A stretch of DNA of 64,000 nucleotides. It comes from Octopus sinensis (Eukaryota). Positions 50,666-64,000 of the stretch are shown in pieces. The translations under genes were made by a program, and so were the position numbers. How positions within the stretch are numbered: position 1 is the stretch's first letter; the number at the start of each line of letters is the position of its first letter. The stretch covers positions 101,370,001-101,434,000 of the forward strand of contig NC_043005.1 of assembly GCF_006345805.1 (NCBI RefSeq), given 5' to 3'. The notes beneath the pieces were generated by a model. That model was not told the origin of the DNA. It saw nothing but the letters and a program-made list of their open reading frames with translations, and ran no database searches.

Positions 50666-52289
50666 CTTTGTTATAGCAAAGCCTCAATGTGGGCTAAATA
50701 AAAATGTGTACACGTCTTTCCTATGCTATTGATGTGCAGTAAAAAAGCTGGAGGGAATCTCTTGACAGACCACTTAATGGGTTGTTGACTGTCCCCTGAG
50801 AAGATAGGCTCGAGTTCAATAGTTATAGATTAGCTGCTATATCAAGCTATCATAATTTAAGCTAGTACCATGGTGGATAGTTTTTATTTAGGTGGCTTGT
50901 TATTAAAAAAAATGTATCTAATGTACCACACGCTACAAATCAGACAAGTGTGTGTGTATGTGTATAAACACATACATACACACATGCATTTTCTGTCAGA
51001 GTATATATTATTGTATATAGCTAACTATTGTATGTGTGTTTGTGTGTGTAAGCATCTGGATATAGAAAATCTGCCTTAACAAGTTCTGACTTATGCAAGC
51101 GTAAAAATGTGGATGTTAAAACTGAGGATTTCAAGCCGTCTCTCTCCCTCTCTCTCTCATACACATTATAACATGCTATATTTATGTCTACTCTCTCTCT
51201 ATCCCTCTGTGTGTGTGTATATATGTATATTTATATATATGTTTGTGCTTATGTACAGTCATATGTATACATTTGTTCATTTTTACATCTACTTTTCCAT
51301 GCTGGCTTGTGCCAGATAAATCTGTTTTTCAGACATTATTTTTCAGCCATGTGCCCTTGCTGTCACTAACCCTTACCTTAAGGTTTTTGCTTTCAAAGGC
51401 AGCATTAAAAGCATTTTGTGAACATTTTAAGCAAGCGTTGTTGGAAATAAGACATTTTGGCTCTTCTTTATCTCCATGGCCAATTAAACTTAAATATTCT
51501 TCAAACGTAGGTGGATTCCAGGTCAAAAATTAGAAGTCTTTTCCCACAAAGTGCCAATATAAAGGTACAAAAATAAAATATCTGCCAGTAGGGGTGTCAG
51601 ATTGCATACTGTAAATCATCGAGTGTGATGTAATTATTGAAGTTGGGTCCACCAAACATTTTGATTTGCTCTTAACATTCTGTATGACTTGAATCTGCCC
51701 GTCACTGCATCTCTCTGTCCTCTACCTCTTGAAACCACAGAAATTGAATCACTCTTGTTTACATTAATTTCAAATGATGTTATGAAATCTCTATTCTGCT
51801 GAAGAAAATTTCATTCCCTTCCTGTATTATATTCTGCAATGCTTATTGTTAGCATAAATGGCTACTCAGATTTAAAAAAAAAAAAAAAAAAAAAACACCC
51901 ACCAGTTTCAGTAGGTAGTGCTGCCAATTTTTGCAATAATCTAACCACAAGTTGAAGACTGTATATATTTAAATTAAAAATTTTTTAGGTATTTTCCGTC
52001 AATCATTCATTACAAGACTGAGCTTTCAGTTTCAAAAATGCTTAACAAGATATTAAATTCCTTGTTAACATGAAACCAGTGTGGCTATTAACTACTCACT
52101 TATGTCAAAGGAACAGCAATAAATACACAAACAGGGATGGTTATGTTGTCTATGATTTAGTCCCATTCCATAACTCCTTGGGTAAGTTTCATTTTCTTTA
52201 GCCCTAGGTTAACCAAAGCCTTGTGAGAAGATGAAGCAGAGGGAAAGTGAAAGAGGGCTATCGTGTGTGTGTGTATGGACTTTTACCTT

Positions 52290-52930
52290 GATATCATGGG
52301 ATTGTCATTGATGGGCATGACAATCAAAGAGAAAATTCCAGAAAATCAAAGAGAATGTTAGTCCACAAAAGCAGATAGATTTTCTCTGGTAATAACTGGC
52401 TTTTGAACCTCTTAATGTCCCAGATAAGAAGTGTGGCATGAATTTTATGAGCAGACTCTTCCTTTCCAGATCATAAAGATATAGTCAAATATTATTCCTT
52501 GCCATCGAGATGGGGTAAAGATGTATTTGTCGGCTTCAAATGCTTCCAGTACATCTGAACAGACCTTGCCCTCAAATTGGTTGCTAACTGTGAAAATAGC
52601 CATTTTACACACATTTTACAATAGCCAGTCCTGTTGTATAGCAAACTCATGAACCCTCACTCAACTGTCCATGTGAATCCTTTTGTCCATGCACTGGCTA
52701 TTCATATCAGGGGTCACAGTTGTTCTCCCGTTGCTTAGTATTTTCTTCAGTGTTGGTTTCCCTTTCTTTAAACGCCTTCATCCATCTGTGCACATTGTTT
52801 TTGTCAAAGGTGTCATCTCCATGAAGTACCTGTAGATAATGTCAGATGGCCTGTGCCCCTTCAGCATGTGGCCTTTACTTCGAATCCTTTATGTGGCCTG
52901 CTAACGACTAGAAGAACAGTTACAGTACAG
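52290..52930 (-). mobile_element. mariner transposase remnant
   Basis: Minus-strand frames read GHRPSDI, VHRWMKAFKE and YLYDLERKS. Confidence 0.65.
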
Positions 52931-53284
52931 ATTCAGTGCCCTATGTCAGTTGATGAAAGGGTTACACCTTCTTGTGCAGTACAATCCGCATGCATATGTG
53001 TATGTGTATAAATGGTAACATCATCATTGCTGTAATGTCAGCTTTTCCATGCACAAATGTGTCAGATGAAATTCATTCAGGTACATTTTCTTTGTGCCAA
53101 CTTTCACCAGTTTCCAAGCAAGGTAATATTCCCCCATGGCTGGACATGTTTTCATGGAAGACTGCAAAGAAGAGAAGCTACTTGTATGACAGTACTGCCT
53201 GTTTATGACTATCACGCAAGACAAGGTACAGACGGGGGCACACATGGATGTGCACAAATGTGTTTGTGTATCTATAGTCATGTG

Positions 53285-53560
53285 ACTCTGTGGTAAGACA
53301 TCTGCTTCCCAGCCACATGGTACCAGGTTCAGTCCCACTGTGCTAACTTGAGCATGTTGATTTGATTGATAGTCACTGAAAGTAGCCTGTTTGTATTTGT
53401 ATGTGTTTATTGCCCACCACCACTTGACTACTGGTGATGGTTTGTATACATCCCTGTAACTTAGTGATAAAATAAGTATCGGGGCTTAAAAGATAAATAC
53501 TGGGGACAATTCATTCAAGTAAAACCCTCCAAAGTGGTACCCCAGCATGGCCACAGTTTG
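53285..53560 (+). mobile_element. SINE family A, degenerate, intronic
   Basis: gactctgtggtaagacatctgcttcccagccacatggtaccaggttcagtcccactgtg...ccagcatggccacagt. Confidence 0.75.
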
Positions 53561-53876
53561 CAAATAGATCAGATATATGTATTTGGTTACAGACAGTGTA
53601 TATAGATATGTGTAGAGAAATATGTATACTTCTGTATATATATACATATATATTATATATATGCATGCATGTATTGGTGTGGCTGTGTAGAAAACAGTGG
53701 GGTTGAAGCTGAAACCATGAGGTCGAGAAGCAAACTTCTTAAACACACAGCCATTCCTCTGTCCATAGGTGTGTTCACATTTGTGTATATATATATATAT
53801 GTGTGTGTGTGTGCATTTGTGCATATCACTTCTCTGTATAAATGTATTTGTATATCTATATGTGTGTGTGTATGTA

Positions 53877-53911
<35 letters not shown>

Positions 53912-56450
53912 GTATATCTATTTATATATATATATGTATATGTATATCTATTTATGTGTCTGCATGTGTATTTAGTCCCTACCACTCCTGCATATTGTTG
54001 TATACCCTCCCTACTAGATTTGTTCATTTTCAATATATCCACCCTTGCTTCCTCTTTCCTTCCAAAGCCTGATGCTTGCATGGGTAGCGTCTGCATTCTG
54101 GCAACCAGTACCCAGCTTTCTTGACTCCTGCCAACACATTTTCTTGGTGATGTTACTATGTTGAAGATATGCTTCTCCCTCTCTTCATGCCCCTCTCTAC
54201 CCACTAATATGTAACTTTGAGTAACACTGTTCCTATATTTAACTATCTCCACTGCCCTTATCACTTTCTCACTAATCCCCTAACATTGCTTTTAATTTTC
54301 CCTTCTACTACTGCCTTCCATTTTATCTTTCCTTCATTCATCACTTTACTCACCTATGTACAACACAAGGTAGCCCTGCATCTCACCATGCTCATCACCC
54401 ACCTACCATTCTTTACTCTCTAATTCTCTCTCACTTCCTTCTGACACTACTTTTCATTTTTCCTGTTATTTTTCCCATCCCCTAACAGTTTTAGTCTTCC
54501 CACTATCACCCCTTCTCAAAAATAACTATGTAACTCCAAAAAGAATTCTTCATAGACCCTGAGGAACTATCCATAAATGGGGGATATATCTGCCCCATTA
54601 CTTGGTACATTTACTCAATCTCCCCCATTATCATTACCACTTTGTACCTTTCCTCACTAATCCTTCCCATTACTCTCCCCGCTTCTCGTCTTAACCGTCA
54701 CTCGAACACTAGTTCTTTCTGCTATTCACTCCATTACCAGCCTTTGACAGTAAGTCTATTCCATCCATCAGAAGGGATCTTTCAAAGTTGCAAAGTGATC
54801 CTGATAATGTTGGTATGCAGTGTGTCCAGTGATAGGGAATCAATTCAAACAGATAATGTAGTCCTGAAGAGGACTCTCTCTTCTTGCTGATGGTGTGAAA
54901 AAAATGCGCCCAGTTGACTCTGTAAAATGGTTGATGTTTGGTTGGGCATCTAATCATTGACCCCCAAGCCAAAAATAAGATGTTGGTCCTCCAGCTAACT
55001 GAATCTTATTGGGCCATCCAGCAATGGAAAGTGGGCAAAAAATGATGATCATGGAGAGTGTGTGTGTGTGTGTATATTTATAAATATATGTATGTACATA
55101 GACATTTGTGATGTGTGCGTGTGTATTTGTATATACACACACACATACTTGTACGTATACTTAGATATCTATGTATAGTAATACATATACACATGTGTGT
55201 ATATACGTTTATACATTGTAGGTGTATGAATATTTATAAATGTGTGTGTTTATATATACATGTGTATTTGTATGTTTATGCATATATATGTATGTATGTG
55301 TGTGTATATATATATATATATGTGCATCTTCTCTTCACAGAACTAATACTTTTTCTTCTTTTTCTTCCCTGTAGAAATGTTTCACAATCATCCACTTGCA
55401 CATACATTTATCACACCCACTATATTCTTCTTGGCTTTCTATGTGCCTCATCTAAACGGACACATTTTTATACTAGTTTCTCACCCTCGTTTGGACCCTC
55501 CATCTCACTCTTCCAGGACCTTTTACAGGAGTGTTGTGTCACTTATAAATAATTTTCTTCTCTCGCAAAGCTTTTCATCTTTATCCCTCCTTCATTTTTC
55601 TTTGTTAAAACTTTCTTTCCATGTGAAAGTGCTTAGCACTCTTGTTGGTTCCCCTTTAGCCTCATGCTCATACCTGCTCCCACCATCATACATTCACATT
55701 ATCCTCACACACCCTCAATGATTGAACAGGGAAACCAACTCCTCATACCCTGACTAACCTCTACTTCTATACTTCAACACTCTTATGCACAAGGATAATC
55801 TTCTATTTTTGTACACAGCCCCACCCTCATCGAACCATGTTCCCACCTGCTTCATAATATGCACACACACATGTACTTATGTATCATTTATATATATATA
55901 TATATATGTGTGTGTATAGATGCATATAAATATTTATGCTCACACACATATTTGTAGAATTGATAACAGAAAACAGGTATGGTATTTAATTCATACATGT
56001 GTTTTGTCAAATTACTGTCGTAATTACATAAAAGTTGTAGAAACATATAATCTTGCAATTCACTTCATCAGTATTCCACAATAACTACACCCACCTGTGC
56101 TGAAAGTTCAATATATTCCCATTATACAAATCACCCCTAACCTTGCAAGCCACACAATGTTGTAGGAGACTGATGAGAACCGACCATAGAGGTTCGAGGC
56201 CAAAAAATAACATGATTATTTGCCAGGATGTGTATATGTTGTATATAGCATTGAATACCATACTTGTTATTAATTCTATAACTTGGCTTGTATTCTACAC
56301 ACTAGCCTATCCTGAGGTTGATGAATAATCACATTGTACTAAACTGGATGTTGGAATGGAGTGTGGAACCCTCCTACTTGGCTTGATTTTCGGTTATACT
56401 TCACACTACCTATATTCATATATATAAAATTAGTAATGCCATATATTTAC

Positions 56451-56481
<31 letters not shown>

Positions 56482-56484
<3 letters not shown>

Positions 56485-56963
56485 TGTGATTGAAAAGTAA
56501 CTCTATTTTAAAATACTTATAAATTATCTATTAATTGTAATTTTTACAAAAAACAAAAATCTATATATGAGGGACGCTTTTAGTATAAAGATTTTATTTA
56601 AAATTCGATGTGGGCTTCAGATGTCACCACCATCTTCTTGAATCACCCAGGAATTGTGTCAACTGATGTCATCAGGAACTCTTGTATTCGCTCTTCAAGT
56701 TCTTCCAAAGTCTTTGGTTTGATACAATAGACCAACCTTTAAACAACCTCAAAGAAAGAAGTCACGGTATTAAGTCCGGGCTCCTGATTGACCACTCATG
56801 CGGACCAACACGACACACCCATCTCCTGGGGAAGTGGGCATTTTGCCATTAAAGATTACAAATTCTCATACTTCAAAAAATAAACATAAAAAATTTGAGC
56901 AAAAAAGTACAGTTAATAAATAATTTATAAATATTTTAAGATAGTTATTTTTCAGTCACCCTG
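56482..56963 (-). mobile_element. Internally deleted Tc1/mariner element with TIRs and TA target duplication
   Basis: TA-cagtgtgattgaaaagtaac... / ...gttatttttcagtcaccctg-TA with ~65-bp imperfect TIRs. Internal minus-strand frames read GPHEWSIRSPDLIP, DFFL and KPKTLEELEERIQE. Confidence 0.85.
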
Positions 56964-58844
56964 TATGTGTTTGTGTGTATATATTTGTGTCTAAATATAG
57001 ATATGTGTATATATGTATTTTTGTGCTTGTGAAATTGTTTTGACATATGTATTAATACATAGATATAAATGTGTGTTTGGATACATATGCATGTAAATGT
57101 ACAAGAGTGTGTGTGTGTGTATATATATATATATGTCTCATATATAAGTGTATGTAAATGTATATATATGTTTTTGTATATTTAGATAATGTAAATATGT
57201 ATGTCAATATATGTGTGTGTGTGGTATATATATATATTATATATATATATATATATAAATGAAACAAAGATTTGCTAAGCGAAATAAAATACCAGTTGTC
57301 TACCAATTTATTAAAATTATCCCCACTGCCAGAAAATTTAAACCAGTCTCTGCATGGCAATTGGTTCTGCCACCAAACAAAATCAGCATAGAATCTAAAG
57401 AATAAAGAATTTTCCAAACTTAAGATGCCATCGAAGAAAACAGAGTTTGTTTGGAGAAAGGAGGACAGCTGGCGACAGATGTTTCTGTATTACTAGGCCT
57501 TGTTCAGCAGACATAAAAAAGATTAGCACAGATGTGTGGCCTAGGAAATTTGCATAAAAGAAATGAAAATGAGATAATGCTATTATGTGTTTGCGTATAA
57601 ATGTATGCAGGCACACGCATATGTGGATGTGGGGTATATATATATGAATATGTTTTAGAATGACGCAATTTCAGGTGAGTTATAAAAAGGGTTAAAGTAA
57701 TGTGGAGTTTGTGATAGAAATCGGTTAGTGTCTACATGTGTGTGTGTGTGTGTGTGTAGCTAATCTTGCAACCATGTAATGGGTGTGCATGTCACTTCAG
57801 TACACAAGTCTGTGTTTATGTGCTTCAATACTCTTTGTGTATTCCATTTGTATGTGTGATTGTGTTTTTGCTTCATTGGTGATACTGCTTTGGGCCATAG
57901 AGCAGGGTACACTACACACATCATAGCACATTTAATCATGGTGGCATTGACAAGGAACAAACATAGATCTGTACACGTACACACTCACAGGTATGGTTTC
58001 TTCAATACTAACCTATCCATCCATTCACTACCTGTGCTTTACATCTCTTGCTTCTCATTCTCATGGCCCCTTTTAGTATTTACTAATTTACTCATTTAGT
58101 ATTTCTCCTTGTACTAGTCTCTCTCTACTATTCTGTTGTTGTGACTATGGATGGCAGTGGATCACATCTATTCACCATGCATTGCTTTCACTATCAGTAA
58201 AGATATCACTGCATCTTTTCTGTGTTTTTCACCAAGATCCTTTGTGTTGTTTTCTGATACACGATCCACCCACTTTCTGTTCCCCTGCCAAGATGCTCGT
58301 CACTTGATTTCTCTGGCCTATTTAAAGCTTACGCCCAGTACTCTGTACTGCAGGGTATCACCCCATTTCACTCAGTCTGCCTCGCTCTCCTCGGTCATGT
58401 AGCCGTCTGTCATCACTCTGTCGTCTTGTTCTCAGAATACTGAATACTCCTATCACTCATCCTTCTATCCTGCTAATCGCTGTCATTCATACCTCTATTC
58501 CTCATGTTTCTGACTCTCTAAACAAACTATCTGTGACCAGTCACATGGGGTGTGAAGAACCTTTAGTCTTGTCAAGGACAATTCATCTCTTTACTGCTGG
58601 TGTCGTGTGAGAAAAAAAGAGCAGCTAATACATTTTGTAAAATAAATGGGGTTAAGAAGGACATCTAGTCTAAGAAAAAGAACCAAATATCAATCATGAA
58701 TGGAATGAGCTCCTACAATCCATCTAAGTGAGCAGTATCGGTGAATAGTTGCTGTTGACTCTTGTGATCTGTTCAACCCATGCAAACATGGAAATTGGTG
58801 AAAAAATGATAATGATATTTATCCTATAAATACATACCCATATA

Positions 58845-59043
58845 GGCGCAGGAGTGGCTGTGTGGTAAGTAGCTTGCTTACTAACCACATGGTTCTGGGT
58901 TCATTCCCCGTAGCTTAGCGGTTCGTCAAAAGAGACCGATAGAATAAGTACTAGGCTTACAAAGAATGTCCTGGGGTCGATTTGCTCCTCTAAAGGCGGT
59001 GCTCCAGCATGGTCGCAGTCAAATGACTGAAACAAGTAAAAGA
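58845..59043 (+). mobile_element. SINE family A with internal deletion
   Basis: Head ggcgcaggagtggctgtgtggtaagtagc...gggttca is joined directly to ttccccgtagcttagcggttcg and the 3' half. Confidence 0.9.
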
Positions 59044-61449
59044 GATTCTGTTTGTATGTGTATATAATATATACATTTATATATATACATACACACACAT
59101 ACATATACACACATACATACACAAGTGAGTGGGCAAACAAAAGAATGTAGCATTCAACACATTTTGTAGGAGTTACATATATTTAAATCACTTTGACTCA
59201 GCTCCACATGACTTAATTTCATGGGTGTGCAGGATATATCCTGCTCATCAGATAATAGGAGCAGAGTCTGTTATTAGTCATACACACACACAGATGCATG
59301 TATATATACACACACACACTTATACAATCTACATTGCTGCTGGCAACATAAGTCTTCTCTCTTGATGTGAAAAACTGATTCTATGACATTTATGTTAGCA
59401 CTGTAATATAGCATGGCAGCAAGGCATGGGCCTTGAATGTAGACAACTTGAAAAGACTGGAAAGGAATGAGGTTAACACGCTCCATTGGATCTGCAATGT
59501 AGATGTTCATGAACAACAAAGTACAAATGTGTTGATAGGAAATTTGAGCATAAGAGGAATCTGATGTAGTGTGCTAGAAAGATGGCTTTTGTATGGCCAC
59601 AGGATACTTTGGGATGAGGACAGCTGTAAAAAAAAAAGTGCCAATAACTTCATGTGGATGGAAATGGTAAAAGAGGGTGACCCTACAAGACAAATGATTA
59701 AGTGCTCTTAGGATCTTCAACTTCATAGAGTAGATGACAAAGGACCTGGTTGACTTCCCAAGAAAACCCGTTCAGCCCAGCAGAATGTATTCAGATAACA
59801 TGATTTTGAATTGCTGGGTCCCCTTGTCCAAGTTCCTCCTCGCAACATCCCTGCCACACATCATCTCTAACTAGTATTCTGCTGCTGTAATTGTGTACAG
59901 AACTGCATACTTCACCAGCTCATCCCTGATGCCAGCTATCTTCTCCATAGAACCAATTTACCTGTTATCTATCTTTCATTCCTAATATTGTTCTCTCCAC
60001 CCTCATTTTACATTGATCACCCTTCAAAGCCACTAAATTATTTCTCCCCCCCCCCTTATCTCTCCACCCCATCCACTACGATTTTTCCACACTCTTTCAA
60101 ACTACCCAACCACCTGTCATCTCTCCTTGTCTACTCTATCATTATTATCTTTACTGTTTTGCTTCTTTTCACTCCATACTTTTTTGCACTCTGCCTTCCC
60201 CTATCCTCCAACACTCCTCAACCCTACCCAATTTATATGATTGTCACCTACTTTTCTCCCCTCAACTTGTTTTCCTTCATTATGTTCAACCTCTCACTCA
60301 TTCCCTATCTCTAACCATCTCTCACTCTCCCATACATTCTTGCAATCTCTACCAACCCACACTTTCTGTTCGCATTTCTTCTCTCCTTTTATCTCAAGCA
60401 TTCAACTTGACACTTTATCACCATTATTTTTATCTCTTTCCACCTCCTCTCTGGCCACTCTTTCTCTCCAATAAATGAGTAGCCATGTAGTTCTTCTACA
60501 GCAAGAAACCTGCTTTGGCCCCTTCTCTCACACTTTAACCCCTCAACACCTCCTACAAAACCACTTCTCTTACTACTATAGTCCCTCTCAGTCAAAGTGG
60601 ATCTGAGTCTTGTGAGCTGCATAACAAACTCATAGTTCTTGGCATTCAGATGAGCATTTAGCTGTAGAAATGTATCAAAGTAGTCTTTGGGGCATGGTAC
60701 TGTCTTTGAAATGTCAGACCTTGTCAAATCGTCTAACTCATGCCAGTATGAAACATGTACTTTAAATAATGATGACAATGATATATATTATATACATATA
60801 TAATAATCATCATCATTGCTGTAATGTCCACTTTTTCATCCTTACATGAGTCACGTGAATTTAGTTGTGCAGATTTTCTATGACTGAATTCCCTTCCTGT
60901 CACTAATCCTCATCTGTTTCCAAGTAGGTTAATATTTCTCATTGTCTGGACATGTTTCCATGGTAGACGGGAAATGAATGGTACTGCTTGTACAATGATG
61001 ATGCTTGCCATTAATCATGTGATGTCAAAGCAAGAATATACATACAAACACACAGATGATGCGCTTTGCCGTCTCCATCAGTCAAATTCACTTGAAACTT
61101 TGGTTGGCTTTTGACTACAGTAGAAGACACAAACTTCTTAACCATACCGCTATGTCTGGGCTAAATGCACTTATGTAAAATCAGAAAGATTTTCAAAAGT
61201 GATACAACCATGAGCAGATCTAAATAGATGTTGCAAATTACTTGTAGGCAAGAAAATTTACTGTTTAATTGCCTAAAATGCTCCCACCGGATTGAAACCT
61301 CTGTACTCTGCAGCCCTTAAACTTTTACATATAAGATTAAAATGTCAGTGTAAAAGCCTCCAAAATCACACACACATCTATCTATCTGGTTGTTAGATAT
61401 TTTTTTTTCCAGTTATTTTAACATTTATTTTTCATTAACAATTTTAACG

Positions 61450-61710
61450 AATTGGTGTAATATATTCTTCATTGTCTATGATTCCTTGTCAATGTTCTGC
61501 TAGGCTGCCAATACCTGACAGTAGAAGTCACTCGGTCCCGACTCAATTCGTTGAGCCACATTTTCAGCTGCATGCCAATGTTGAACACTGCCTCCCAGAT
61601 ATTGGAAAGTGACTGGAAAAGGTGATAATCTGAAGCTACTATATCAGAAGAATATGATAGGTGTTGTAGAACTTCCCAAATAACCTCATAAATAGCATTT
61701 TTAATCAAAT
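61450..61710 (-). mobile_element. mariner transposase C-terminal remnant
   Basis: ORF 61469-61708 reads WEVLQHLSYSSDIVASDYHLFQSL (cf. WEVLPHPPYSPDLAPSDYHLF). Confidence 0.8.
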
Positions 61711-64000
61711 TAGTGACATAGGGGCTGTTGTTGTTGTGTTGAAGAAGCAGACCCTGTTACTAGTTAGGCAGCTTCAGCTGGATTGCACCCATGCACTAAG
61801 TTTTTGCAGCTTCATCAAGTGAAGGTGATAGGTGACAGTCTCATGAGAAGATCTCATCTGCTGAACCAGTTCCCGAGTGGATTGGCACAAATCCTCATGG
61901 ATGAGCTTGTTTATTTGATCTTTATTTAACTGAACAATTTATCTGGAATGCAGAGAGTTCGTGAGGTCAGACATCCCCTCCTTTATACATGAAAACCATT
62001 AGTAAAAGCATCATCTTCATACACAGTGCATATTTCTCAGCATTGGAACCTTAATTGACTGAAAATAAGCAGGTGTTGAAAATGCTCACTTTTTTTTTTC
62101 TACCAGACACTAGATTGTTCTAGGTCTAAGAAGAGGTAAAATTTATTCAAATTTCAAATAAAATAAATAGAATCTATAGAGGAAGAATAATTACAAATTA
62201 CTATAAAACACAATAAACTATTTTTCTGTTAATTCAAATAACATGACAAAGAAACACTCCTCAGACTGTTGGATACTTTATATTCTCAGCCACCTATTTC
62301 TGACCTTACTATTGGCATACATTCCTCACTTATTCCCATCTTTGTGATCTGCATACTTCATGCTAGTGATTACTCTGTCCATTTATTGTGTACAAGGCAC
62401 TCCCTCTCTGCTGGTGCCACAAAGGAAACCTCATACTTGCTGCGTTATCTCTGCAGGTGATTGGTGAGTAAGACTACTTCTCTAAAGTTGATGCCATGAA
62501 AAATGCACTCAATAAAGTGGCTGGCAATAATCAGAGAGAACCTAAATTTTGAGGTCTTTGTAATTAATTTTCTATTGCTATGGATTATCTAACCTCTTTA
62601 GTGTTAGTATTACAGGAAAATATACCCAGCATTCTCTATAAAATGGTTGGTGGTTGGAAGGGCCTCTAATCAGAAATCAAGCTAAAAAATATTTACATAC
62701 AGTATTTGGGAGCAGCAGCTCCCAAAAAGAAATGAGTCAGACTCCTCAAACCCATGCCAACATGGACAGTGGATGATCAAAGAGCAAATTAATTGATAGT
62801 ACAGTGGGAAATAGAATGTTCACAGCCTGTCTGGTCATGCTCTTTGATCTTGATATCCTTGTTCTTCTAACACTTCTATCGCTTGCTACTTGATTACTCT
62901 CTCCTCTTCACATTTTCACTGAGCAATGGCCAGTGTGACTAAGGATAGTAACGCTCTCTTCAGTTCACTCTACAATGCTTCTAAGAGATGCCATGGGCTA
63001 TACTGATTCTTCTCTCTCCAACACTTCACCTCTCCTTCACTTATCACAGTGGCTCTCTTACCATCTTGATGTATACATATATGATTGCTTATCAAATCTG
63101 CATTTACCTCATACATACTATCAATACTGCCACCATGGCCATTTGGCACTGACATCCATCACTCCCTCTTACCACTTGCTATCTGTCATTCTCTAAATCT
63201 CTTCTTCTTCATGTGTCATAATAAAATGTATTTAGTGCACTTTGTAAAAGGTTGGGGGTGGAGAGGGCATCAAGCCATGGAAACCAAGCCAAAAATGACA
63301 CCCACAAGTAAGATGTGATACTCTAACCCATCTAGGAGACCAGCAAAATGTTGTCTAACCTGTGCCATCAGAGTTGTACAATGGCATTATCATTTAATGT
63401 ATGTTCTTCGTGATAGCATGGGATAAACAGTATGGTGGGATCCTATGAGTTGAAGGACCATGTTGTGCTCCAAAGTTTGTTTGGCATGGACAGATAGGAC
63501 CTTATTTTTGTGGCACCAATACTTTTAGATTGTTGTACAACTTGCAAGACTGGGGAGTTTATAGTTGGCTCCTGTAACTGAAGGAGAAAGTGTAACTATC
63601 TTAGGCAAGGTGATGAGAGGATCAGCTTCATCCTTTTGGAGAGAATAGCAGTAATCACTTGTAAGGGAGGAAGTCTGAAATAAATGGAAGAAAAGGGATT
63701 ATTGTTAGTGATATGAGTAACACTCATCCTTATAATGTGACTATCCCAAATTGTAAGGACAAGAAGAGATGCAAGGTGTGGGGGAAGAGAAAATAGATGA
63801 GTTGTTAGGATCCAGAAAGTAATCAAAACAGGTGTAAAAGTCATGGAGTGTTGGCCATGTGCATGAAAGGTAAGTGAGGTAAGTGAGAAGTTACGGAGAG
63901 ATCAGTGAGAGAATAAAGGCATAGGAATACAAGATGGTAGCAGACAAATGAGGAAGCATCATAGCTGGTGGGATAAAGTTATGAGTAAAAGGATGATGGA

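Noticed and set aside
57985-58015. cacag-gtatggtttcttcaat (YGFFN) as the missing ELAV RNP1 exon
   Set aside because: It lacks QSLG, is in the wrong phase after the AG, has no polypyrimidine tract, and the following sequence does not resemble an RRM.

Overview
This is AT-rich, microsatellite- and repeat-dense eukaryotic DNA. It is most likely from an octopus (coleoid cephalopod), inferred from two abundant SINE families and long (TA)n/(TG)n tracts. Only one host gene is supported: the 5' end of an ELAV/Hu-family RNA-binding protein gene on the + strand. Its coding exon 41500-41725 (ATG 41521) encodes the first half of RRM1 and ends at a phase-1 GT donor. I could not find the next exon (QSLGYGFVNY), so the intron appears to run past the end of the window (>22 kb). 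Upstream, 34.7-41.5 kb is a CpG-richer, low-repeat regulatory block with five candidate 5' exon donors; one would add an in-frame N-terminal extension. The rest is decayed transposons (RTE, CR1/L2, Penelope-like, mariner/Tc1, pogo/Tigger, Helitron-like, MITEs), SINEs and simple repeats. Almost all ORFs in the supplied track are microsatellite artefacts or transposon remnants. The most unusual structures are: a 204-bp gapless palindrome with a hammerhead-ribozyme motif on each strand (17210-17413); a compound fold-back palindrome (25112-25404); a uORF stop overlapping a start codon (TAATG, 35471-35475); and a ~3-kb pyrimidine/TCAT array in the ELAV intron. All calls were made by eye, and most transposon boundaries are approximate.
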